Program-made: the position numbers and the translations under genes
Part shown: positions 18,508-26,301 of the stretch, one piece after another
Layout of the letters: every line of letters starts with the position of its first letter
Numbering within the stretch: the first letter of the stretch is position 1
The notes under the pieces: model-generated
Told to the model about the DNA's origin: nothing
The model's database searches: none
What the model saw: the letters and a program-made list of their open reading frames with translations, nothing else
From: Eubacteriales bacterium
GTDB lineage: Bacteria > Bacillota > Clostridia > Oscillospirales > CAG-272
Assembly: GCA_045123255.1 (NCBI GenBank)
Contig: JBGVIN010000069.1
Coordinates: 1 to 60,028, forward strand
Direction of reading: 5' to 3'
DNA length: 60,028 nt

Positions 18508-19770
18508 ATGGATTTTAATGGAAAAAAACTTTTAATTTTAGGCGGAGCTAATTTGCATTGCAAGTTGGTTAAAGCTGCAAAGGAAATGGGAATTTATACT
18601 ATAGTTACAGACTACTTAACAGAGTCGCCTGCAAAGAAAATAGCTGATAAAAGCTATATAATTGATATAAATGATATTGACGGAATGGTTAAGATGTGTA
18701 AGGAAGAAAATGTCGATGCTGTGCTCAGTACCCATCTTGATCCATGCCAAAGACCGTATTATGAGATTTGCCATAGGTTAGGTCTGCCTTGTTACATAGA
18801 TACGTGGGAACAGGTTTATACGTTGACCGACAAGGATGCTTTCAAAGAGCTCTGCGTTAAAAATGGAGTGGATATCATTCCTACCTACTGCATGGAAAAT
18901 TTAAGCGAGGCAGAATTTCCCGTTTTAATTAAGCCTGCGCACAGCCGAGGATCGCGAGGACAAACTGTGTGTTATAGTTTGAATGAGACAGAAAAAGCAA
19001 TTACTTTGGCAGAAGCGGAATCTGATAATAAAAAAGCCATTATTGAAAAATATATGGGTAATAATAATGATTTTACTATGACATATATTTTCAAGGATGG
19101 GGTTGCCTATATGACGAAAACTTCAGATAGATACTTAGGAGACTTAGAGTTAGGACTTGAAAAGGTAGGAATAGGAACAATTTCTCCTTCTTATTATACT
19201 GATATGTATACGGAAAAGGTTGAATCTAAGGTTCTGAAGATGCTTTGTGACCTGAAAATCAAGAATGGTCCGGTGTTTATGCAGGGATTTGTCGATGGGG
19301 AAACAGTTCGATTCTATGACCCCGGTTTTAGATTTCCAGGAAGTGAATACGATACGATGTTTGAAAAGATTTGGAACATCGACATAATGAAAATGATGGT
19401 TTGCTTTGCATTTACCGGAAAAATGAAAGACGATTATGGTGAATTGAATCATCAACTTGCACTTTTGAAAGGGAAAAACGTAATTACTTTGTTCCCGCCT
19501 ATGAAAAGTGGATATATATCAAAAATAGAAGGATTAGAGGAAATAGCTAATATGCCGCAGGTGACAGGGTATACTTTGCGCCACAATGTGGGGGAAACGG
19601 TCGGATTTACGAGAGATGTTAATCAAAGATTTGGCGAATTTGATATCATCGGTGAGAATTTGGACGAACTGAAGAAAATAATTGAAAAGGTTCAAAATGT
19701 TTTAAACGTCCTTGATGAAAATGGCAATAATTTGTTGTACGGAGAATTAAAAGTCGAACAAATTCATTAA
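18508..19770 (+). CDS. ATP-grasp fold ligase
   Basis: KKLLILGGA, TDKDAFK, FPVLIKPAHSRGSRG, IIEKYM, FYDPGFRFPG. Confidence 0.85.
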   Translation: MDFNGKKLLILGGANLHCKLVKAAKEMGIYTIVTDYLTESPAKKIADKSYIIDINDIDGMVKMCKEENVDAVLSTHLDPCQRPYYEICHRLGLPCYIDTWEQVYTLTDKDAFKELCVKNGVDIIPTYCMENLSEAEFPVLIKPAHSRGSRGQTVCYSLNETEKAITLAEAESDNKKAIIEKYMGNNNDFTMTYIFKDGVAYMTKTSDRYLGDLELGLEKVGIGTISPSYYTDMYTEKVESKVLKMLCDLKIKNGPVFMQGFVDGETVRFYDPGFRFPGSEYDTMFEKIWNIDIMKMMVCFAFTGKMKDDYGELNHQLALLKGKNVITLFPPMKSGYISKIEGLEEIANMPQVTGYTLRHNVGETVGFTRDVNQRFGEFDIIGENLDELKKIIEKVQNVLNVLDENGNNLLYGELKVEQIH

Positions 19771-19783
19771 CTGGGAGGAAAAT

Positions 19784-21058
19784 ATGCCACTTGATATATT
19801 AAGTTTAATAATTTTTATAGTTTGCATTGGAATTTTTATATGGGACAGACTTCCAATGGCAACAACTGCTATACTTGGATGCGTGGCGATGGTTTTGTTC
19901 GGCGTTTGTGATTTCAAAACAGCGTTTGGACAATTTGCTTCAAGTACGGTGATCTTGACAATAGGAGTAATGGTGATCGGTGCAGCTATTTCGGAGACTG
20001 GCTTGGCCGCAACGATAGGTGCTTGGATTGTAAAGATATCCAAGGGATCGGAGACAAAGCTAATTATAGGCACATATTTGGTTTCTTCAGCTATGTCTGC
20101 ATTCTTAACCAACTCTGCGGTTCTTGCCATATTCATTCCTATAATTATGGGATTGTCTGCCTCCAATCAAAACATTCGCGCCAAAAATTTAATTATGCCG
20201 ATAGCATTTGGTTGTGTAATCGGTGGTGCATCTACGCTTGTCGGCTCCACACAGCAAATGACCGCACAAGGACTTTTAGAGGAGGCAGGTCTTAGAACCT
20301 TTAAAACATTTGATTTCACATTGGTAGGCGGCGTGCTTATTCTTTTAGGACTTGTATATTGCCTCACAATAGGCAGAAAGCTTGCAAAAAGGATTTGGGA
20401 AAAGGAAGATGAAAGTAGCGACGTTGAATATTCGATTCCGCAAGATCACCCCCAAAAAGGAAAGGCTAAAAAAATAATAATTGCCGTTATTTTCTCTTTG
20501 ACAGTATTGTTTTACATTACCGAGTGGGTTCCGCTTGCCGTTACAAGCACAACAGCGGCATTACTTTGCATAATTACAGGATGCATAACTCAAAAAAAGG
20601 CGATAACCGCGGTCAACTGGAACATAGTTGGTAGACTTGGCGGATGCCTTGGTCTTGCTAAAGCATTGGAAGCTGCTGGGGGTACGGATCTTATAGCTAA
20701 AGGATTTAGCTATTTGATTGGCGATAAACTCAGTCCGTTTATTCTTTTCTGCATATTGGTTTTATTAATTCAAGTGAGTAGCGAATTCATGTCGAATTCG
20801 ACAGCTATATTGGTAGTTTTGCCAATAGTTATTGCAATAGCTCCGGGCTTGGGCTTAAACACATACGCGTTCGCGCTTGGAATAACGCTTGCATCAGGAG
20901 TAGCATTGAGCTGTCCACTTGCGAGCTCTACACTTGGAATGTCGATGTGCGTTGGATATAAGTTTAAGGACTATGCAAAATATTCATTAATATTCGATGC
21001 GATTTCATACATAACAATAATTGCACTTGTTCCGTTAATTTACGGATTGAAGGCATAA
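19784..21058 (+). CDS. SLC13/DASS-family anion (di/tricarboxylate or sulfate) permease
   Basis: SAFLTNS, GGASTLVGS, SEFMSNS motifs in two inverted halves; many TM segments. Confidence 0.85.
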   Translation: MPLDILSLIIFIVCIGIFIWDRLPMATTAILGCVAMVLFGVCDFKTAFGQFASSTVILTIGVMVIGAAISETGLAATIGAWIVKISKGSETKLIIGTYLVSSAMSAFLTNSAVLAIFIPIIMGLSASNQNIRAKNLIMPIAFGCVIGGASTLVGSTQQMTAQGLLEEAGLRTFKTFDFTLVGGVLILLGLVYCLTIGRKLAKRIWEKEDESSDVEYSIPQDHPQKGKAKKIIIAVIFSLTVLFYITEWVPLAVTSTTAALLCIITGCITQKKAITAVNWNIVGRLGGCLGLAKALEAAGGTDLIAKGFSYLIGDKLSPFILFCILVLLIQVSSEFMSNSTAILVVLPIVIAIAPGLGLNTYAFALGITLASGVALSCPLASSTLGMSMCVGYKFKDYAKYSLIFDAISYITIIALVPLIYGLKA

Positions 21059-21071
21059 TAAAGAGGATAAT

Positions 21072-22169
21072 ATGATAAACGTAACACGCTCGTCGATGCC
21101 TTCTTACGAGGAGTATTGCGAGGAAATTAAAGAACTTTGGGAAACGCGTTGGCTCACAAACAACGGCGCAAAGCATAAGCAACTTGAGCTTGAACTGAAG
21201 GAGTATTTAGGTGTGCCTAATATAAGCCTTTTCACAAACGGACATTTAGCACTTGAAATTGCTATTTCCGCTATGGGTTTTCCATTTGGCGGTGAGGTTA
21301 TTACAACTCCGTTCACGTTTGCTTCAACCACGCATGCAATTGCAAGAAATGGACTAATTCCTGTTTTTTGCGACATAAACTCCGTTGACTATACGATAGA
21401 TGTGTCGAAAATAGAATCACTTATAACCGACAAAACAGTTGCAATTGTGCCTGTGCACGTATATGGAAATATGTGCGATGTTGAAGAAATCGAAAAAATT
21501 GCCCGAAAACATAATTTGAAGGTGATTTACGATGCTGCGCATGCGTTTGGTGTAAAATACAAAGGAGTGTCATCCGCTAGTTTTGGCGACGCTTCCATGT
21601 TTAGTTTTCATGCTACAAAGGTATTTAATACCATTGAGGGGGGAGCGGTTACATATAATGACGGATTACTTTGCGATAAGCTAAACGATATGAAAAATTT
21701 CGGTTTGCACACTCCGGAACAAGGAATTTATGTGGCGGGCAATGCTAAGATGAATGAATTTCAGGCCGCCATGGGTATTTGCAATCTTCGCCATATTGAT
21801 GGGGAAATTGAAAAGCGCGGACAAGCTGTAAAGAGATACCGTGAAAGACTTTCGAGCATTGACGGAATTGTTCTTTGTCCAAAACAGGAAAACATTGACG
21901 AAAACTATGCGTATTTCCCTGTTTTATTCAACGGATACAAATATACGCGCGATGAAATATTTGAAAAGCTAAAGGAAAATGATATTATAGCAAGAAAATA
22001 TTTCTATCCGCTTATAAACGGCTTTGATTGCTATAAGGAGCTTGAAACGGCCGGCGAAGAAAAAACGCCAATTGCAAAGCATATAGCAGAGAACATATTA
22101 ACCTTGCCGCTTTTTGCTGAATTAACAGAGGAAACGGTTGATAAAATTTGTGATATTATTCTTAATTAA
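21072..22169 (+). CDS. DegT/DnrJ/EryC1/StrS sugar aminotransferase (VioA-like)
   Basis: WLTNNG, TPFTFAST, YDAAHAFG, SFHATKVFNTIEGG, NAKMNEFQAA. Confidence 0.92.
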   Translation: MINVTRSSMPSYEEYCEEIKELWETRWLTNNGAKHKQLELELKEYLGVPNISLFTNGHLALEIAISAMGFPFGGEVITTPFTFASTTHAIARNGLIPVFCDINSVDYTIDVSKIESLITDKTVAIVPVHVYGNMCDVEEIEKIARKHNLKVIYDAAHAFGVKYKGVSSASFGDASMFSFHATKVFNTIEGGAVTYNDGLLCDKLNDMKNFGLHTPEQGIYVAGNAKMNEFQAAMGICNLRHIDGEIEKRGQAVKRYRERLSSIDGIVLCPKQENIDENYAYFPVLFNGYKYTRDEIFEKLKENDIIARKYFYPLINGFDCYKELETAGEEKTPIAKHIAENILTLPLFAELTEETVDKICDIILN

Positions 22170-22181
22170 TAAGGAGCATAT

Positions 22182-23054
22182 ATGAAAGGTATTATTTTAG
22201 CAGGCGGAAAGGGAACGCGACTTTACCCTATGACAAAAGCGGTATCTAAGCAGCTTTTACCGATTTACGATAAGCCGCTTATTCACTATCCGTTGTCAAT
22301 ACTTTTACTTGCGGGAATTAATGATATTTTAGTGATTTCAACTCCTGAGGATACTCCTGTTTATGAAAAGCTACTTGGCACGGGCGAGGAGATAGGAATC
22401 AAGCTCTCCTATAAGGTTCAAGAAACACCGCGCGGTCTCGCGGATGCGTTTATCCTTGGAGAAGAGCATATAGGAAACGATAGCGTTTGTCTTATTCTCG
22501 GAGATAACGTTTTCTATGGTCCAAACCTAACAAGGATTTTGAATGAAGCAATGAAAAACGACACAGGGGCGACCATTTTTGGTTATCCGGTGAAAGATCC
22601 ACGCGCGTTTGGTGTTGTAGAATTTGACAAGAATCATAAGGTTATTTCAATTGAGGAAAAACCGCAAAATCCTAAATCAAACTATGCGGTGCCTGGTCTT
22701 TATTTCTATGACAATAGAGTAGTTGAGATTGCAAAAAACGTAAAGCCGTCAGCTCGTGGTGAAATAGAAATAACTGCGGTAAATAATGCATACCTTGAAA
22801 TGGGCGAATTAAACGTTGCGCTTCTTGGTAGAGGTATGGCTTGGCTTGATACGGGTACACCTGAGGGCATGCTCAAGGCATCGGAGTTTGTAAAAACTGT
22901 TCAAGACCGTCAGGGCTTCTATGTGTCCTGTATTGAGGAGATTGCGTGGCGTCGCGGATTTATTTCAACTGAGCAGCTTCTCGCTTTGGGCGAAAAGCTA
23001 AAAATGACCGAGTATGGACAGTACTTGATTTCACTTGCGAAGGAAGGTAAATAG
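22182..23054 (+). CDS. rfbA: Glucose-1-phosphate thymidylyltransferase
   Basis: [45 protein letters not shown]. Confidence 0.97.
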   Translation: MKGIILAGGKGTRLYPMTKAVSKQLLPIYDKPLIHYPLSILLLAGINDILVISTPEDTPVYEKLLGTGEEIGIKLSYKVQETPRGLADAFILGEEHIGNDSVCLILGDNVFYGPNLTRILNEAMKNDTGATIFGYPVKDPRAFGVVEFDKNHKVISIEEKPQNPKSNYAVPGLYFYDNRVVEIAKNVKPSARGEIEITAVNNAYLEMGELNVALLGRGMAWLDTGTPEGMLKASEFVKTVQDRQGFYVSCIEEIAWRRGFISTEQLLALGEKLKMTEYGQYLISLAKEGK

Positions 23055-23055
23055 T

Positions 23056-24075
23056 ATGACAATTATCGTAACAGGCGGTGCGGGATTTATTGGCTCGAAC
23101 TTTATATATCACATGCTGGAAAAGCACGGGGATTACAGAATAGTGTGCGTTGACTGCTTGACGTATGCGGGCAATCTTTCGACGCTTGAGGATGCGCTTG
23201 ACTATCCCAATTTCAAGTTTTACAAGACTGACATTTGCGACAGAGAGGCGATATATAAAATATTTGAGGATGAAAAGCCGAATATCGTTGTAAACTTTGC
23301 GGCGGAGAGCCACGTTGACCGTTCGATTGACAATCCCGAGGTGTTTCTTAAAACAAATATTCTCGGAACACAGGTTTTGATGGACGCGTGCCGTAAATAC
23401 GGCATAGACCGATATCACCAGGTATCAACAGATGAGGTTTACGGAGATTTGCCTCTTGACAGACCCGACTTGTTCTTCACCGAGGAAACTCCGATACATA
23501 CGAGCAGTCCGTATAGCGCGTCGAAGGCGGCGGCAGACCTTTTGGTGCTTGCTTACCACAGAACCTACGGCTTGCCTGTGACCATTTCAAGATGCTCAAA
23601 CAACTATGGTCCATATCACTTTCCCGAGAAGCTCATTCCGCTTATGATTGCTAATGCGTTTAACGAAAAGCCTTTACCTGTGTACGGAAAAGGCGAAAAT
23701 GTACGCGACTGGTTATACGTTGAGGATCATTGCAAGGCGATTGATTTGATTATTCACAATGGCAGAGTCGGCGAGGTTTACAACGTGGGCGGCCACAACG
23801 AAATGGCTAACATTGATATCGTTAAGCTAATTTGTAAAAAGCTTGGAAAAAGCGAGGATTTAATAACCTACGTTGCGGACAGAAAGGGTCACGATATGCG
23901 TTATGCTATTGACCCAACGAAAATCCACAGAGAGCTTGGTTGGCTTCCTGAAACTAAATTTGCTGACGGCATTGACAAAACGATAAAGTGGTATCTTGAT
24001 AACAGAGAGTGGTGGGAAACTATAATCTCCGGTGAGTACCAAAATTACTACGAAAAAATGTATAAAAACAGATAA
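23056..24075 (+). CDS. rfbB: dTDP-glucose 4,6-dehydratase
   Basis: TGGAGFIGSN, AAESHVDRSI, STDEVYG, YSASK, NNYGP; start ATG at 23056. Confidence 0.97.
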   Translation: MTIIVTGGAGFIGSNFIYHMLEKHGDYRIVCVDCLTYAGNLSTLEDALDYPNFKFYKTDICDREAIYKIFEDEKPNIVVNFAAESHVDRSIDNPEVFLKTNILGTQVLMDACRKYGIDRYHQVSTDEVYGDLPLDRPDLFFTEETPIHTSSPYSASKAAADLLVLAYHRTYGLPVTISRCSNNYGPYHFPEKLIPLMIANAFNEKPLPVYGKGENVRDWLYVEDHCKAIDLIIHNGRVGEVYNVGGHNEMANIDIVKLICKKLGKSEDLITYVADRKGHDMRYAIDPTKIHRELGWLPETKFADGIDKTIKWYLDNREWWETIISGEYQNYYEKMYKNR

Positions 24076-24115
24076 AAACAGACACAGGGTCGATAAAAAC
24101 CCTGTGTTTTTGTTT
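24076..24115. terminator. Bidirectional intrinsic terminator
   Basis: ACACAGGGT/ACCCTGTGT stem flanked by A- and T-runs between convergent genes. Confidence 0.75.
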
Positions 24116-24240
24116 GGTGTGTGGTTGAATTTGAGCTGGCGGGGCAATAAAGGCGGAGCGGTTGAGTTGCTTGGCGCGGACGGTGCGGTTGGTATCTTTG
24201 GTGTGGGGTGCGGTTGTTGTTTTAAGGTGACGGTTTGGTT

Positions 24241-25530
24241 TTAGCTATCGCTTAAAAAGTGAAGGGCGAGGGCGGTCAAGGTGGCGGCGCCGAAGGGGAG
24301 CGCGCGCTCGTCGAATATAGCTTTTGGATTGTGCAGTGGGTATGAAAAGCCCTCGCTTGGCTTTCCCGTGCAAAGACCTATTAGAAGTGAGGGCGCGTGC
24401 TTGGCAAAAACCGCAAAATCCTCGCTTGGAGTGCTTGATTTTATTTTTGATTTCGGTGCAAGTATAACGCTTGCTTTGTGTGTGATTTTTGAGTTTGAAT
24501 ATAGTGATTTCAGACACTCCTCGGCACTTTTTGCTAATTCTTCGTCGCAAAACAATGCTTCTGTGGAGCTTGTTATTTCCAAATTTGTGTTGCATCCGTG
24601 CATTTGTGATGTTTGGTTGCAAATTGCGTTCAATTCTTTGAACGCGGTTCGCCTTGCATCCTTTGAAATTGCCCTCGTCGTGCCGAAGATTTCGCATCTT
24701 TCGGGGATAACGTTCGGTGCGCTTCCGCTTGATATTTGACAAATGCTAACCGTGAAGCCTTCGGGGTTGGCTTTTGACAGGCTCTCGCTTTTCAACGCAA
24801 TAGACGCTCCGCAAATTGCGGCGTTTTTGCTTTCCGACGGAGTTGCACCGTGCCCACCCTTGCCGTTAACCTCAATTTTGAAAAAATCCGCATACGGTGC
24901 GCTCATTTCGCTGCTTGGCAATATCAGCGTCCCTGTTTCGTACTCTGTTCCCAACACAATGTGTAAAGCAAAGCAAGCGTCCACCGTGGGATTTTCAAGC
25001 ACGCCCGCATCTACCATTTTCTGCGCTCCGCACAGTATCTCCTCCGCGCTTTGGAAGGCGAGCTTTACAGTGCCGCAAAATCTATCTCGGCTTTGGCTTA
25101 AAATGTGCGCCGCACCCAAAAGCGAAGCTGTGTGCATATCATGACCGCACGCGTGCATATTGCCATTTTTCGAACGGTAGCTTAATTCCGTTTCCTCACG
25201 AATCGGTAGTGCGTCAATGTCCGCGCGGAGTAGCACGCACCTGCGATTTTTTGGTGAAGTCTTTCCCTCGTCCGTAACCTCCGGGCTTTCTTTTTCGTCT
25301 ATATAGTTGAAGGAAGAAAATTTCTTTTCGTCGCCTCCGTGTATTTCGCAAACGACACCGCCGCCAGATAGCCGAGGGCTTAACCCCATCTTTTTCAGCT
25401 CGCGTGCGATAAATTCTTTTGTTTTTTCCGTTTCAAAGCGCACTTCAGGCATGGCGTGGAGCTTGCGCCGCCAGCTTATTAGCTTGTCTTCAATTTCAAA
25501 GCATTCTTCTAAAATTCGATAGTATTTCAT
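24241..25530 (-). CDS. M20 family amidohydrolase
   Basis: RRKLHAMPE, LRADIDALP, MHACGHD, FQSAEE, SEDF, LHNP. Confidence 0.92.
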   Translation of the reverse strand: MKYYRILEECFEIEDKLISWRRKLHAMPEVRFETEKTKEFIARELKKMGLSPRLSGGGVVCEIHGGDEKKFSSFNYIDEKESPEVTDEGKTSPKNRRCVLLRADIDALPIREETELSYRSKNGNMHACGHDMHTASLLGAAHILSQSRDRFCGTVKLAFQSAEEILCGAQKMVDAGVLENPTVDACFALHIVLGTEYETGTLILPSSEMSAPYADFFKIEVNGKGGHGATPSESKNAAICGASIALKSESLSKANPEGFTVSICQISSGSAPNVIPERCEIFGTTRAISKDARRTAFKELNAICNQTSQMHGCNTNLEITSSTEALFCDEELAKSAEECLKSLYSNSKITHKASVILAPKSKIKSSTPSEDFAVFAKHAPSLLIGLCTGKPSEGFSYPLHNPKAIFDERALPFGAATLTALALHFLSDS

Positions 25531-25794
25531 AAGCACCTCACTTGGTTAAATTCTTGCCCGAAAAATGAAAAAATATTCCTAATTAAACTAAATAAGCAAC
25601 CGAAAAGGTGGCATTTTGAAGCATTTTTGGACTGTGAAAAAACGCGTTGCTTGCGAAAAAAATCAGATTCGTAAAGTGGAAAATATCTGAACGAAAACGC
25701 CTTGTGTGAAAGTTATGTGAAATGTCTACGAAAAGTTTATGAGACGAAACTGAAACTTTGGAATTTGGCAACATTTTTTATTTATAATGTGATA

Positions 25795-26143
25795 GACTGT
25801 CAGTGGCAAAATATGCCACATCGCAAGACCCCATCTTGCCGATTAAAATGCTTTTATCGCACTCTTCGGGGATGCGCTAAATAGTTCTAATCCGTAAACT
25901 AAATTTGATGAAAAGGAGTGGTTTTAAGAGCCGAACGGCTAAAATGCGAGCTTGCCCGTCTGCTTTGGGTGAGGCTCAAATCGTTGTCCGACGTGCATAA
26001 GAAAAATGCATATCATTCGACGAGGGAGTAACCGTGGTATGCCCAAGTGAATTAACCAATGAAAACGGGTTCACAGGGGCATATTACGGTTGCAAAACCC
26101 GAAAAAGAATGCCAAAATTTCAAAAACGCACGTGAAATTTGGC
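25795..26143 (+). ncRNA. Candidate structured non-coding RNA (family not recognised)
   Basis: Run of 8-9 adjacent hairpins, cUUCGg tetraloop, G-U pairs favouring the + strand, TATAAT at 25783-25788, no credible ORF. Confidence 0.5.
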
Positions 26144-26243
26144 AAAAAGTGATAAAAAATCAAGTTTTGAAACTTGTCGCGGAAATCAAATTTTGTGCAT
26201 AACGCCGAAAAAACGCGAAAAGTTGCTTTTGGATTTATTTTTA

Positions 26244-26272
26244 TTGCAAAAAACAGATGTGCGTGATATAAT
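26244..26272 (+). promoter_or_regulatory. sigma-A promoter of MoxR/vWA operon
   Basis: TTGCAA-17 nt-TATAAT with TG extension; AGGAGG RBS downstream. Confidence 0.8.
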
Positions 26273-26301
26273 TATATAGTAAAATACTATAGGAGGTATT
26301 T

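Noticed and set aside
22182-24075. dTDP-L-rhamnose pathway
   Set aside because: rmlC and rmlD are absent from the locus; the adjacent aminotransferase points to an amino-dideoxy sugar
25702-25884. 60 aa ORF overlapping the candidate ncRNA
   Set aside because: TTG start without RBS and atypical composition
25866-26025. Lysine riboswitch (GAAAAGGAG...GCCGAA and GTGCATAAGAAAAATGCA resemble parts of it)
   Set aside because: The AGAGGUGC start and ACUGUC/GGAGxGCUA junction motifs are missing, and no lysine gene lies downstream; an Rfam scan would settle it
26088-26125. c-di-GMP-I riboswitch (GCAAAACCCGAAA)
   Set aside because: No paired stem around GAAA, no GACGCAAA segment and no second hairpin
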